Source: an uncultured Gammaproteobacteria bacterium
GTDB lineage: Bacteria > Patescibacteriota > Microgenomatia > UBA10105 > UBA927
Assembly (NCBI GenBank): GCA_964621305.1
Contig: CAZUOM010000004.1
Span: forward strand, 14,209 to 78,208
DNA: 64,000 nt
Reading direction: 5' to 3'
Shown piece by piece: positions 8,873 to 18,905 of the stretch. A program made the position numbers and the translations under genes. Under the pieces are notes generated by a model. The model searched no databases. It was given only the letters and a program-made list of their open reading frames with translations, and had not been told where the DNA came from. Every line of letters begins with the position of its first letter. Within the stretch, counting starts at the first letter, position 1.

Positions 8873-8898
8873 GCCTCCACTTTTACGTGGAGGTTTTT
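8873..8898 (+). terminator. hairpin CCTCCAC-ttttac-GTGGAGG followed by TTTTT (attenuator or terminator-like)
   Basis: 7-bp GC-rich stem plus T-run, 27 nt upstream of the ABC ATPase start. Confidence 0.45.
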
Positions 8899-8924
8899 CA
8901 TTTAATTAATTCTTGCCAAAATGA

Positions 8925-9842
8925 ATGGAACATATGATTACTCTTGATGGTATTACCAAGAAATTTAACGATCAGACCGTCTTAAATGATATAAATCTGA
9001 AAATTAATAAAGGAGAAATTGTTGGTCTCTTAGGCCCCAATGGAGCAGGAAAAACTACCACGCTTCGGATAATTGCCGGAGTATTGCCGCCAACAAGAGG
9101 CACGGTCAAAATAGATAACCTTGCACTTGAACTGGACTGGCGTCTTAAAAAAAGAATAGGCTTTCTGCCTGAAAACAACCCCTTGTACGAAGATATGACT
9201 GTTGAAGAGTATTTGTCTTTCTGGTCGGATATGAAACAGATTCCTAAAAGTAAAAAAAAGGAAGCGATTGGTTTTGTCGTTGACCACTGTGGTATTGCTG
9301 AAGTTTACTTTCGGCCAATTAGTGAATTGTCAAAAGGGTACAGGCAGCGTGTCGGTTTTTCCCAATCAATTCTAACTAAACCCGATATTTTAATCCTTGA
9401 TGAACCAACCGAAGGCTTAGACCCAAATCAAAGACAGGATATAGCGAATTTGATAAAAGATTTGGGCAAGAAACGGACAATTGTTATCTCCTCCCACGTC
9501 TTGGGTGAACTTTCCAGAATAGCAAGCAGAATGATAATTATCCATAGGGGGGCAATTGTGGCTGATGACACGCCTGACAACCTGAAAAAGATTGGCATTT
9601 CCTCACAAGTAATTGAGATTGAGGTAAAAGGAAAAAATGTTTTATCAACGCTTAAGAAAGTTAAGAGTGTTATTGAAGTTAACGAAAGAAGAAACAACTA
9701 TTATGTTCTTGAGGTTGATAAAAAGAAAGATATCCGCGAGGAGCTTTATAATCTTTCGGTCAAGAATAAGTGGACAATGCTTACACTGCTTGCAAAAGAA
9801 AGAGCAATTGAGGATGTCTTTGGGCAATTAACCAGCAATTGA
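8925..9842 (+). CDS. ABC transporter ATP-binding protein (ABC-2 exporter type)
   Basis: Walker A GPNGAGKTT, signature LSKGYRQRV, Walker B ILILDEPTEGLD. Confidence 0.8.
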   Translation: MEHMITLDGITKKFNDQTVLNDINLKINKGEIVGLLGPNGAGKTTTLRIIAGVLPPTRGTVKIDNLALELDWRLKKRIGFLPENNPLYEDMTVEEYLSFWSDMKQIPKSKKKEAIGFVVDHCGIAEVYFRPISELSKGYRQRVGFSQSILTKPDILILDEPTEGLDPNQRQDIANLIKDLGKKRTIVISSHVLGELSRIASRMIIIHRGAIVADDTPDNLKKIGISSQVIEIEVKGKNVLSTLKKVKSVIEVNERRNNYYVLEVDKKKDIREELYNLSVKNKWTMLTLLAKERAIEDVFGQLTSN

Positions 9843-9849
9843 AAAGATT

Positions 9850-12033
9850 ATGAAAATACATATTATTATAATAAGACTGGCAAAAAAAGAATTTTTCGGG
9901 TATATAAACAATGCGCTTGCTTATACCATAATAGTTCCATTTCTTCTTCTGTCTATTTTCCTTTATACGAGAACCGCTTTGGTTGGAGGAGAAGCAAACC
10001 TAAGGCCTTATTTTGAGCTTTTACCCTGGTTTTTGCTTTTGCTGGCACCTGCTTTATCCATGAAGCTTCTGTCTGATGAACAAAAATTGGACACACTTGA
10101 CCTTCTTTTTGCCCATCCCATATCTGAGCTTGAAATTGTCTTGGGAAAATTCTTAGGAGCTATTGCCTTTTTTGCCGTTATATTACTTACAACTTTAGGA
10201 TTGCCGCTTACTCTCATAGTTTATTCTCGTCCTGATTTAGGCCAGATAGCAGGCCAGTATATCGGAGCATTGTTTATAGGAGCAACATTTATATCAATTG
10301 GTATTGCCGCCTCCTCATACCTTAAAAATGTTATTTCGAGTTTCCTTTTAGGGGCAGCCACAAGTTTCGTAATGATGATTGTAGGATCTGATTTTATTAC
10401 CCAAATGTTGCCTTTTCCCTTGAGCCGTATAGCCTCAGAACTTTCAGTCATAACCCACGATGAAAGTGTCGCCCGCGGCCTCTTGGACATCAGGGATGTA
10501 TTCTATTTTATGACAGTAACGGCGGTATTTCTTGCCGCAGCAATACTTAAGCTTTCGGAACGGAAAACCGCAGAAAGGCCTGCCGAGGCAAGGAAGCTCA
10601 AAATTGCCTTGGGACTTATATTGGCAATAGGAATATTTTCCAATCTGCTTTTATCCACTTATCCCGTAAAGATCGACTTGACTCAGGGAAGACTGTTTAC
10701 TCTTTCAGAAGGAACCAAACAAACCCTCAAAAATCTTGACGATATCGTAACAATCACGCTTTTTACTTCAAGAAATCTTCCAGCCCAGATGCAACTTGTT
10801 GCCCGGGATATATCTGACACGCTTAGAGATTACGAAAAATTGAGTAAAAACGTAAATTTCAGGATAGTTTATCCGGATGAAAGTTTAGAAGGAACACAAG
10901 AGGCTCAACAGGCAGGAATAAACGAAGTCCAATTTAGCACTCTTTCATCAGGCAAATTTGAAGCCCAAGCAGGATTCCTGGGACTGGGTCTCCGGTTTGG
11001 GGACAAGACCGAGAGCATACCTTTTATTAAAGACATATCAGATCTTGAGTATCAGTTAACCCGCAGAATAAGAAAACTTTCACAAAATAAAGACAAAGTA
11101 ATCGGAATATATAGAAATGGTTTCTTGCAAAGCGAAATATTGGATAAACTTATGGAAACTCAATATAAAACTCAAAATTTAGCGGTTGACGATACCAACA
11201 AGCTAAAAGATTTAAGCGCATTAATAGCAATTGATGACGGAAGCCAGGCAAGTACCGCCTCAGCAATGATAAGGGAGTATCTTAACCAAAACGGAAAAGT
11301 TTTGTTCTTAGTAAGTGGAGTAAATGTCGTCCCGCAAATATTGTCAGCTCAAAAAAGCCAATCAGATATTCCAAGTTTTCTTAATGATTACGGAGTTACT
11401 TTAAATAAAGATTTGGTTTATGATTTGCAGTTATCTGAGATTCTTAATTTCCGCGGCCGAAACGGAAGAGGTTATCTTTCACAGTACCCTTATTGGCTAC
11501 GGGCACTTCCTGCAACAGATAATTTTTCTCCACTGGCAACGATAAAAAGCGTATCCTTAGGCTGGCCAAGCTCCGTAAGTCTATCTCAAAAAGAGGGAAT
11601 CAGCCAAAAAATACTCTTAACAACAGGAAGAAATTCCGGCAAGACTGAAAATGCGAATACAATTTCACCAGAATCTGTAAGAAACCTTATTCCAAACGCC
11701 CAAAATATTCCTCTTGCTGTACTTTTGGAAAAAGGTGATATGCGACTTATAGTTGTTGCGTCTTCAACACTAGCAGATGACCAATTCCTTGAAAATAACC
11801 CTGATAATATTGCATTTTTGAGTAACGCCATAGATTATCTGGCCTCAGATAAAGACTTGGCCGCAATTCCAGCAAAATCAACCGGACGTACGGTTTTTGA
11901 ATTCAGAAGTCCTGTCGATGTTCTGCTGGTTCAATATGGCAACCTGTTTATTCCACCCTTAACAGTTATATTATTTGCGATATTTTATCTAAGAAGAAGG
12001 AGGTTTTTAACAAAACGCAGCTATGCAAAATAA
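9850..12033 (+). CDS. ABC-2 family permease fused to a large GldG-like extracytoplasmic domain
   Basis: N-terminal multi-transmembrane region, then a ~450-aa soluble domain, then a C-terminal transmembrane helix. Immediately follows and overlaps the ABC ATPase. Confidence 0.55.
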   Translation: MKIHIIIIRLAKKEFFGYINNALAYTIIVPFLLLSIFLYTRTALVGGEANLRPYFELLPWFLLLLAPALSMKLLSDEQKLDTLDLLFAHPISELEIVLGKFLGAIAFFAVILLTTLGLPLTLIVYSRPDLGQIAGQYIGALFIGATFISIGIAASSYLKNVISSFLLGAATSFVMMIVGSDFITQMLPFPLSRIASELSVITHDESVARGLLDIRDVFYFMTVTAVFLAAAILKLSERKTAERPAEARKLKIALGLILAIGIFSNLLLSTYPVKIDLTQGRLFTLSEGTKQTLKNLDDIVTITLFTSRNLPAQMQLVARDISDTLRDYEKLSKNVNFRIVYPDESLEGTQEAQQAGINEVQFSTLSSGKFEAQAGFLGLGLRFGDKTESIPFIKDISDLEYQLTRRIRKLSQNKDKVIGIYRNGFLQSEILDKLMETQYKTQNLAVDDTNKLKDLSALIAIDDGSQASTASAMIREYLNQNGKVLFLVSGVNVVPQILSAQKSQSDIPSFLNDYGVTLNKDLVYDLQLSEILNFRGRNGRGYLSQYPYWLRALPATDNFSPLATIKSVSLGWPSSVSLSQKEGISQKILLTTGRNSGKTENANTISPESVRNLIPNAQNIPLAVLLEKGDMRLIVVASSTLADDQFLENNPDNIAFLSNAIDYLASDKDLAAIPAKSTGRTVFEFRSPVDVLLVQYGNLFIPPLTVILFAIFYLRRRRFLTKRSYAK

Positions 12034-12892
12034 AACTTTGTGGCTATTGGGAACAATTTTGGCAATCCTTACCCTTTTTTGGGGCGTAAAAACTTATCTA
12101 CCCAAATATAATAAACCGTCTTCACCTTATGCCGAAAAAGTGAAACCTTACGATAAATCCTCTGTCAGGTCTATCGTTATCAAAAATTCAGAATGTTCAG
12201 TTGAATTAAAAAAAGAAGGTGAAGATTGGAAAGTAAACGGAAAAAAAGCTGATAAATCGAAAATAGACGATCTGGTTAATCAGCTTATCCCGCCTATTTT
12301 TCCTGATATTATCGCCAAAACCGATAAAAGATATCATGAATTTAACTTAACTTCCGACAAAGCAATACGTATCACCTTTGATGATAAATTGACCTGGTTT
12401 ATCGGTAAAAGTACCGGATCAAATGTCTATGTCAGATTTGATGGAGACAATACAGTGTATCTTCTTAAATCAGGAATTTCATCCAATTTTTCAACTGACA
12501 ATTCAGATTGGTATGATAAGACTATCGTTGCTTTTGATCAAACTAAAGCGACCAAAATTACATTGAAAGAGAGAACTAATACTTTAGTATTAGTCAAGAA
12601 AGAAAATAAATGGACTGAAGAAGGCAGCAAAAGGGAGGCAAAAAAGGATAAAGTCGATTCAGTTTTATCCCAAGTTTCAAATTTAACTGCCCAGTCATTA
12701 TATGAATCAAAAAAAGAACAAGTATATCCAACTGCACCCACATTCACTTTAATCGTTGAATATGACGGAAAAAGCGAGACGCTTGAACTTTATAAAGGAA
12801 GTTCTGACTTTCTTGTTAAACGATCATCAGATAAAGAACAGTTTGTTGTAAGTGAATATTCAATTTCATCGATAATATCCGCCCTAAAATAA
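12023..12892 (+). CDS. hypothetical membrane-anchored protein (possibly the DUF4340-like partner of the GldG-like transporter)
   Basis: N-terminal transmembrane helix. Gene order resembles GldG/DUF4340 pairs. No motif recognised. Confidence 0.4.
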   Translation: MQNKTLWLLGTILAILTLFWGVKTYLPKYNKPSSPYAEKVKPYDKSSVRSIVIKNSECSVELKKEGEDWKVNGKKADKSKIDDLVNQLIPPIFPDIIAKTDKRYHEFNLTSDKAIRITFDDKLTWFIGKSTGSNVYVRFDGDNTVYLLKSGISSNFSTDNSDWYDKTIVAFDQTKATKITLKERTNTLVLVKKENKWTEEGSKREAKKDKVDSVLSQVSNLTAQSLYESKKEQVYPTAPTFTLIVEYDGKSETLELYKGSSDFLVKRSSDKEQFVVSEYSISSIISALK

Positions 12893-12938
12893 ATCCTTGG
12901 GAAAAGGTACCCCCTCTCCGCTCTAACCTCCAAATAAA

Positions 12939-13217
12939 TTGGTTATTGCAGGGTTGTATAAATACATAAGGAATCCCATGCTTTTAGTTTTTTGGATATA
13001 TCTTACTGCTTTTATATTTTTTCTTATTAACCCTTTCCTTCCACCTCTACGTGGTTTTGTGGGAAGAAAAAGAATTAATTTTTCCGAGAAGATGAATATT
13101 TACCGCTTACGGACCATGATTTGGAAGATGGTTTTTGCACTTCGTGCGGACATACTCAACGCCGCGCGAAGGCAGCGATTCGTTAACGCACTTGTCCCTT
13201 TTAAAATTCAGATTTGA
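12939..13217 (+). pseudogene. C-terminal remnant of an isoprenylcysteine carboxyl methyltransferase (ICMT/PEMT) family protein
   Basis: GLYKYIRNPM matches the family motif G-Y-(R/K)-Y-(V/I)-R-H/N-P-M. An in-frame TAA 15 nt upstream of the TTG start bounds the frame. N-terminal transmembrane half is missing. Confidence 0.3.
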
Positions 13218-13287
13218 CATATGGATAATGAAGTAAAACTACAAGAACTCAAAGATACGCTTGCCCACTACGAAGAAAAGCTGCGGT

Positions 13288-14553
13288 TTAAGATGAAGCG
13301 GTATAGCGGGGGGAGTTAATGACGGTTTCATAAATTTTTAGTGTTTTTCGCGCTTGTTTCTGCCAGGTCATCCGCTTAGAAAGCTCAAGGCCGTGCCGGC
13401 GTTGGCTCGCATAGACGTGAGAGTTAGTGAGTAACACTTCTATTTGCGACGCAAGAGACATGGGGTTTGCAGCGGAAGAGATAAATTTTCTGCGGGAAGA
13501 GCTGAAGAGGCTTGAGATGCCGGAGACGTTGGTGGCAATGACGGGCGTACCGCAGGCCATAGCCTCCAGGGCCGTGATGCCGAACGATTCATAGTGAGAT
13601 GGCATGATGACTGCGTCTGCGGCGTTGTAATAAGAGATCAGTCGATTCTGCTGTTGCCTTCCGACAAAATGAACGACTGAAGACAATCCAAGTTGGCGTC
13701 GTAGCTTATCCAGGCGATCAAGTTCTTTGGACCAGATATTTCGCCTCTGGGAGACATCCCCGCCGACAATCCAGAGACGAAGTCCTAGCTGAGAATTTTT
13801 CTGTCTCAGCATTTTGAGCGCGTACATGAGAACATCGATACCCTTGAGCGGTTCGATGCGGCCAACAAACAGAAGCAGTTTTTCGTGAGTGTTGAAGTGT
13901 ATATCGCGACGAGATTTGCCTTTATCTATCGGGTGGAACATGTCCGCATCAACGCCCGGTGTTACAGTGATGATTTTTTCCGGTGGACAATCGTAGAGGT
14001 ATCGGAGATAAGCATTGTCTACCTCACTGATTGCCGTGAGACGATCTGACTCCTTTACTAATAGAAGTTCTGCTTGAATACGGGTGACATCTTCTCTTTC
14101 CGATATGTCACGCGCGACGAGGTTTTTCATGAGGGCTAACGTATGAAAAGAAGTGACAAGTGGTCTGTTATGAGTTAGCTCTCTTAGCTTGAGCGCAGCA
14201 AGTCCTGATAAGTAATAGTGAGCGTGGATGAGATGGTAACTCGTGCCCGTTTTTTTTATATACGATGCAATATTGACAACAAACTTTGTGAGAAAACGGC
14301 GAAGTTTTTTCTTGGGCACAGGACTTTCTGGTCCGGCGATGATATGCATGAGACGAACGTTTTTTGAAATTTCAATGACGTGCGGCTGCACTACATCTTG
14401 GGACCTGGTATAGATATCAACGGAAATACCGAGTTGACCGAGTTTACGTGAAAGCTCTAGTACATAGACGTTCATGCCGCCGGTTTCCTTTCCTTCAACT
14501 GAGGTCAGAGGACAGGTGTGGTAGGAGAGCATCGCTAAAGAGAGATATCTCAT
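13288..14553 (-). CDS. GT4 glycosyltransferase, MshA-like (GT-B fold)
   Basis: N-terminal HTCPLTSVEGKETGGMNVYVLELS resembles the MshA-type GGMNVY motif. C-terminal EPLKG/GT1 region. Confidence 0.7.
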   Translation of the reverse strand: MRYLSLAMLSYHTCPLTSVEGKETGGMNVYVLELSRKLGQLGISVDIYTRSQDVVQPHVIEISKNVRLMHIIAGPESPVPKKKLRRFLTKFVVNIASYIKKTGTSYHLIHAHYYLSGLAALKLRELTHNRPLVTSFHTLALMKNLVARDISEREDVTRIQAELLLVKESDRLTAISEVDNAYLRYLYDCPPEKIITVTPGVDADMFHPIDKGKSRRDIHFNTHEKLLLFVGRIEPLKGIDVLMYALKMLRQKNSQLGLRLWIVGGDVSQRRNIWSKELDRLDKLRRQLGLSSVVHFVGRQQQNRLISYYNAADAVIMPSHYESFGITALEAMACGTPVIATNVSGISSLFSSSRRKFISSAANPMSLASQIEVLLTNSHVYASQRRHGLELSKRMTWQKQARKTLKIYETVINSPRYTASS

Positions 14554-14659
14554 CGGTCACATTATATACCGTTATATCTAGGCGCCCAACTTGAGGCCAA
14601 GGCTTGACAGAGCATACTGATATTATTTATTCTAGTTCTAGAGAGGTGGTGATGACAAA

Positions 14660-14863
14660 ATGAAGATGAAGGATTTAGATTTCGCTGCAGGCGTCGTTAC
14701 AACCATCGGTGCGCTCAATTGGGGACTTATAGGAGCATTTAATCTGGACTTGGTAAAGACTGTTCTCGGAACTAGCCCGTCGATCGTCCAACTGGTATAC
14801 ATCGTTGTTGGTCTTTCTGGGCTCTACATGCTCCACAAGATGCTGGCCAAAGGGAATAAATAA
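14660..14863 (+). CDS. DUF378-family small membrane protein
   Basis: IGALNWGLIGAFNLDLV..IVQLVYIVVGLSGLY is typical of DUF378 (YuzA-like). Good Shine-Dalgarno sequence GAGGTGGTGA. Confidence 0.65.
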   Translation: MKMKDLDFAAGVVTTIGALNWGLIGAFNLDLVKTVLGTSPSIVQLVYIVVGLSGLYMLHKMLAKGNK

Positions 14864-14878
14864 CTGTTAAGATACCGC

Positions 14879-15655
14879 ATGAAGAAATTATTGCTTGTTT
14901 TTCCGAATCCGGATGACGAGTCATTTCTATGTTGCGGTACGATTGCTAAATATGCCGCCGCAGAGTGTGATGTTTACTCTGTATACACAACTGACGAAAG
15001 ATCAGGAGAGAAATTAGGATTGTCGACGGATACCTATTTGGGCTTTAAAGACGGTACACTGCGAAGGCTTAGTCCAGGCGAGTTGGAAGACAGAGTATTT
15101 CGGGAGATGGTTCGATTTGTGCCGGAAGTAGTTATCACCTACGGACCAAAGGGTATTACTAACCACCCAGACCACACAAAGCTATCCGTGTCGACTACGG
15201 TTGCTTTTCAACGGTACGTGCAGGACGTAAAAGACTTGCCGCAATTTGCGAGCCTTACCGGAGTTCGACAGCGGCGATTGGGGCATACATATAAAGCAAG
15301 TTTTGATGCGTGTTTGGCCCTTGAGCACGAGCCAAGGCTCTACTATGCCTGTTTACCAGAAAGTGTCGTCGGGTATCATAAAAAACTCAAACTCATTCTC
15401 GGCCAGTCTTATGGCACTCCTTGGGTAGGAACCCCGGATAAATTTATTACAACGGTCATTAATATCAAACGTTTCCAAAGCAAAAAAATCAAAGCATTGG
15501 ATGCGCATCAGCCACAAGTTAGCAATAAAAAGACAGGCAAGCTATTATCTTTTGTAAACAATCCAATCTTTAGTAATGAATATTTTATTCTCCGTATGTC
15601 TGGTTATGACGAGGTATTCATGGGTAAAAACGACCACGTGAGTAATCGACTTTAG
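14879..15655 (+). CDS. PIG-L/LmbE-family N-acetylglucosaminyl deacetylase
   Basis: VFPNPDDES (PDDE) and NHPDH motifs. Confidence 0.75.
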   Translation: MKKLLLVFPNPDDESFLCCGTIAKYAAAECDVYSVYTTDERSGEKLGLSTDTYLGFKDGTLRRLSPGELEDRVFREMVRFVPEVVITYGPKGITNHPDHTKLSVSTTVAFQRYVQDVKDLPQFASLTGVRQRRLGHTYKASFDACLALEHEPRLYYACLPESVVGYHKKLKLILGQSYGTPWVGTPDKFITTVINIKRFQSKKIKALDAHQPQVSNKKTGKLLSFVNNPIFSNEYFILRMSGYDEVFMGKNDHVSNRL

Positions 15656-15683
15656 CCTCTTTACTTTCCCTTGATTTGTATTA

Positions 15684-15708
15684 AACTGATACTCTTGAGG
15701 TATCAGTT
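15684..15708. promoter_or_regulatory. perfect 9-bp inverted repeat AACTGATAC-N7-GTATCAGTT abutting the Rrf2 start codon (candidate operator)
   Basis: Seen directly. Position and symmetry fit autoregulation by the Rrf2 dimer. Confidence 0.4.
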
Positions 15709-16104
15709 ATGAAACTTCCTAAGCAGGAGGATTTTGCAGTGCTTCTGATGGGGGAGCTGACTAATGCGTATCATCGGCGATTGGTTCCTTTGTCTGAAAT
15801 ATCGCGTCGGCACGGCGTTTCTGCCCTATTTCTAAAAAAAATTGCGAGACTCCTGCGCCTGCGCGGCCTTATTGAAAGTAAAGAAGGCTTGGGAGGGGGT
15901 TACATGCTGGCCCGGGAGCCGCGAATGATTACGGTGTGGGAAATTATTGGCGCGGTTTCTGGAGTAAAATCCGTACCTGTAAGGCTTTGGCGGGAAGCTT
16001 GCCCTGTTAATTCTAAATGCTTGCCACAGCATCTCAACCGAGTGGTCCAGGAGTCTATAGAACAGAGTTTAAAGCGGCTTACACTTGAAACTATTTTGCA
16101 CTAG
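15709..16104 (+). CDS. Rrf2-family transcriptional regulator (IscR/SufR-like)
   Basis: HTH region LSEISRRHGVSALFLKKIARLLRLRGLIESKEG. First gene of the SUF operon. Confidence 0.8.
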   Translation: MKLPKQEDFAVLLMGELTNAYHRRLVPLSEISRRHGVSALFLKKIARLLRLRGLIESKEGLGGGYMLAREPRMITVWEIIGAVSGVKSVPVRLWREACPVNSKCLPQHLNRVVQESIEQSLKRLTLETILH

Positions 16105-16106
16105 CG

Positions 16107-16940
16107 ATGAAAAAAGATATTCTAACAGTTAAAAACTTACAAGCATCCATCGACGGCAAGGAAATCCTCAAAGGCGTTTCGTTTGCTGTGGCCTCAGGAG
16201 AAATCCACGCAATAATGGGGCCAAACGGCAGCGGTAAGTCAACATTAGCGCAGGCATTGATGGGACACCAGTCATATCAAGTAAAAATTAAAAATTTAAA
16301 ATTGAAAATTGGAAAGCAAGACATCGTTCGTCTCTCGCCAGAAGGACGCGCAAAGGCAGGACTTTTTCTTGCTTTTCAGTCGCCGATTGCGATACCTGGG
16401 GTCAGCGCGATGAATTTACTGCGTAGCTCCTATCAAGTCCTCCATGGAGACAAAGGTGGTAAGAAAAATGGTCAAGCAATTCAGAACCCAGTTCTGGCGC
16501 GACGCTGGAAGAGCGCTGATCTGGATTTGGCACAGTTTAGCCCCTTGGTTCGTGACCGTGCCCGATTTTTATCTTTAGACGAATCATTTCTTAGTCGGGG
16601 TATCCACGATGGGTTTTCAGGTGGAGAGAAAAAGAAGTTGGAGATGCTCCAGGCGTTGGTGTTAAAGCCTAAATTTGCCGTGTTTGATGAGATCGATACC
16701 GGCCTTGACGTAGACGCATTACGCTTAGTAGCGAGTGCAATTGGGAGACTCGCCAAAGAAGGGGCAGGAGTAATTGTCATTACACACTATCAGAGAATTC
16801 TAAAATATTTAAAACCAGACGTGGTGCATGTGATTGTGGATGGAAAAATAGTTGAAACCGGAGGATCGGAGTTAGCAAAAAAAATTGAACAAAAAGGATA
16901 CACATCTTATGCAAACGCAACCAATCGTCGGCGACTATAA
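16107..16940 (+). CDS. sufC: Fe-S cluster assembly ATPase SufC
   Basis: [19 protein letters not shown], Walker [12 protein letters not shown]. Confidence 0.85.
   Translation: MKKDILTVKNLQASIDGKEILKGVSFAVASGEIHAIMGPNGSGKSTLAQALMGHQSYQVKIKNLKLKIGKQDIVRLSPEGRAKAGLFLAFQSPIAIPGVSAMNLLRSSYQVLHGDKGGKKNGQAIQNPVLARRWKSADLDLAQFSPLVRDRARFLSLDESFLSRGIHDGFSGGEKKKLEMLQALVLKPKFAVFDEIDTGLDVDALRLVASAIGRLAKEGAGVIVITHYQRILKYLKPDVVHVIVDGKIVETGGSELAKKIEQKGYTSYANATNRRRL
16281..16315 (+). repeat. tandem heptanucleotide repeat (TTnAAAA)x5 in frame inside sufC
   Basis: gtaaaaa ttaaaaa tttaaaa ttgaaaa ttggaaa, encoding [11 protein letters not shown]. Confidence 0.8.
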
Positions 16941-18303
16941 ATACGGTTTCCGAAAGCAGGAAAACTACCTTTTCAAGTCCAAAAAGGGGTTGGACGCTAC
17001 TGTCGTGGTGGACATCAGTTGGCATAAGAGTGAACCGGAATGGATGAGACAGTTCCGCTTGCGTGCACTTCAAGTATTTGAAAGGAAATCAATGCCGACG
17101 TGGGGAGCTGACTTATCAACGATTAATTTTGATGACATTTATTACTACATTAAGCCAACAGAAAAGAAAGCAGGCAATTGGAACGAATTACCCAAAGAGA
17201 TCCGTGAGACGTACGACGCTATAGGAATTCCCGAGGCAGAAAAAAAGTTTCTTGCCGGGGTTTCGGCACAGTACGAGAGCGAAGTAGTGTATAAAAGCAT
17301 CCAATCTATGCTTTCAAAAAAAGGAGTCATTTTTTTAGATATGGATTCGGGGCTTCGCGAGTACCCGGAAATTGTGAAACAGTACTTCGGGACAGTTATT
17401 CCTCCCGCTGATAACAAGTTTTCCGCGCTCAATAGCTCCGTTTGGTCAGGTGGTTCATTTGTCTATGTGCCGGCCGGCGTCCGTGTTGACCTGCCGCTTC
17501 AGGCATACTTTCGCATCAATGCCGCAAACATGGGGCAGTTTGAGCGGACACTCATCATTGCGGAAGAAGGCAGTTATGTGCACTACGTCGAGGGTTGTAG
17601 CGCGCCCGTTTATACAACCGACTCCCTCCACAGCGCAGTTGTTGAGATTGTCGTAAAGCCGAGAGCGCGGGTTCGCTACACGACAATCCAAAACTGGAGC
17701 ACCAATGTCTATAACCTCGTCACCAAGCGCGCACGGGTGGAGGAAGAAGGAGTGATGGAATGGGTCGACGGGAATCTGGGAAGTAAGATCACCATGAAGT
17801 ACCCGAGCATTTATCTTATGGGTCCTAAGGCTCGAGGTGAAGTGCTCTCTATTGCATACGCCGGGCCGCATCAGCATCAGGATGCAGGAGGAAAAGCAGT
17901 GCATCTGGCAGCAGAAACAACCTCGCAGATTATTTCCAAATCCGTCAGTCGTGGAGGCGGACGGACATCGTATCGAGGTCTTGTTCAAGTGGTCAAAGGT
18001 GCGACCAATGTCAAAAGTAAAGTGGTCTGCGACGCGTTGCTTTTAGATGAGGATTCGCGTTCAGACACCTATCCCACAATGAAAATTGACGAGCAGGAAG
18101 TGACCATCGAGCACGAGGCGACGGTATCCAAAATCGGCGACGAGCAGTTGTTTTACTTGCAAAGTCGCGGCATCGACAAAGGGCAAGCGCAGTCGATGAT
18201 CGTCAACGGATTTATCGAGCCGATCGTCAAGGAACTGCCTCTAGAATACGCGGTTGAGATGAACCGTTTAATCCAATTACAGATGGAGGGATCAGTCGGA
18301 TGA
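16909..18303 (+). CDS. sufB: Fe-S cluster assembly protein SufB
   Basis: SufB/SufD beta-helix. Start placed at ATG 16909 inside the longer TTG-initiated ORF. Overlaps the sufC 3' end. Confidence 0.85.
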   Translation: MQTQPIVGDYKYGFRKQENYLFKSKKGLDATVVVDISWHKSEPEWMRQFRLRALQVFERKSMPTWGADLSTINFDDIYYYIKPTEKKAGNWNELPKEIRETYDAIGIPEAEKKFLAGVSAQYESEVVYKSIQSMLSKKGVIFLDMDSGLREYPEIVKQYFGTVIPPADNKFSALNSSVWSGGSFVYVPAGVRVDLPLQAYFRINAANMGQFERTLIIAEEGSYVHYVEGCSAPVYTTDSLHSAVVEIVVKPRARVRYTTIQNWSTNVYNLVTKRARVEEEGVMEWVDGNLGSKITMKYPSIYLMGPKARGEVLSIAYAGPHQHQDAGGKAVHLAAETTSQIISKSVSRGGGRTSYRGLVQVVKGATNVKSKVVCDALLLDEDSRSDTYPTMKIDEQEVTIEHEATVSKIGDEQLFYLQSRGIDKGQAQSMIVNGFIEPIVKELPLEYAVEMNRLIQLQMEGSVG

Positions 18304-18905
18304 AAACTGTTGTAAGAGAAATTACGGAAAACGATGAGAGATTAGAATATTCTCTGGGCAGTCACGAAAAGTTGACGCTAGTTATTATCATATCGGGACC
18401 AACCAAAGAGGTTGTCGCGCGCATTCGCTTGGCTGGAGTCGGTGCAAAAGCTGACATTCTCGGTTTTGTGGTAGGTAAGGGCGATAAGCAATTTACTCTA
18501 CACACTTTACAAGAACATGTAGCGCCTGGCACGACTAGCAATTTATTGGTCAAGAGTGTTCTATCTGATAAAGCAAGGTTTTCTTATGACGGCGGAATCA
18601 AAGTTGAACGCAAAGCCCAGAAAACCGACGCATACCAGCGGAATGAGAATTTACTGCTCTCCAAAACTGCTACGGCAGAAAGCAAGCCGGCACTAGAGAT
18701 TTTAGCTAACGACGTACGCTGCACGCACGGGGCTACTGTGGGCATGGTGCCAAAAGACCAGCTCTGGTATCTTGCCACTCGCGGCGTGTCTAAAACTCAA
18801 GCCGAGCAGCTCATTGTGACGGGATTTTTACATAGTGCGCTGGATAGAATTCAATCGAAAGTTGCTCGAAAGGAGGTAGAGGAAAAACTATGGCAGATTT
18901 TGTAA
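18300..18905 (+). CDS. sufD: SufD-like (SufB/SufD family, short)
   Basis: C-terminal SufBD domain similarity. Operon position. Confidence 0.6.
   Translation: MKTVVREITENDERLEYSLGSHEKLTLVIIISGPTKEVVARIRLAGVGAKADILGFVVGKGDKQFTLHTLQEHVAPGTTSNLLVKSVLSDKARFSYDGGIKVERKAQKTDAYQRNENLLLSKTATAESKPALEILANDVRCTHGATVGMVPKDQLWYLATRGVSKTQAEQLIVTGFLHSALDRIQSKVARKEVEEKLWQIL

Noticed and set aside
13221-13316. 31-codon plus-strand ORF (MDNEVKLQELKDTLAHYEEKLRFKMKRYSGGS) after the ICMT fragment
   Set aside because: Overlaps the 3' end of the convergent GT4 gene. No ribosome-binding site or conservation evidence available.
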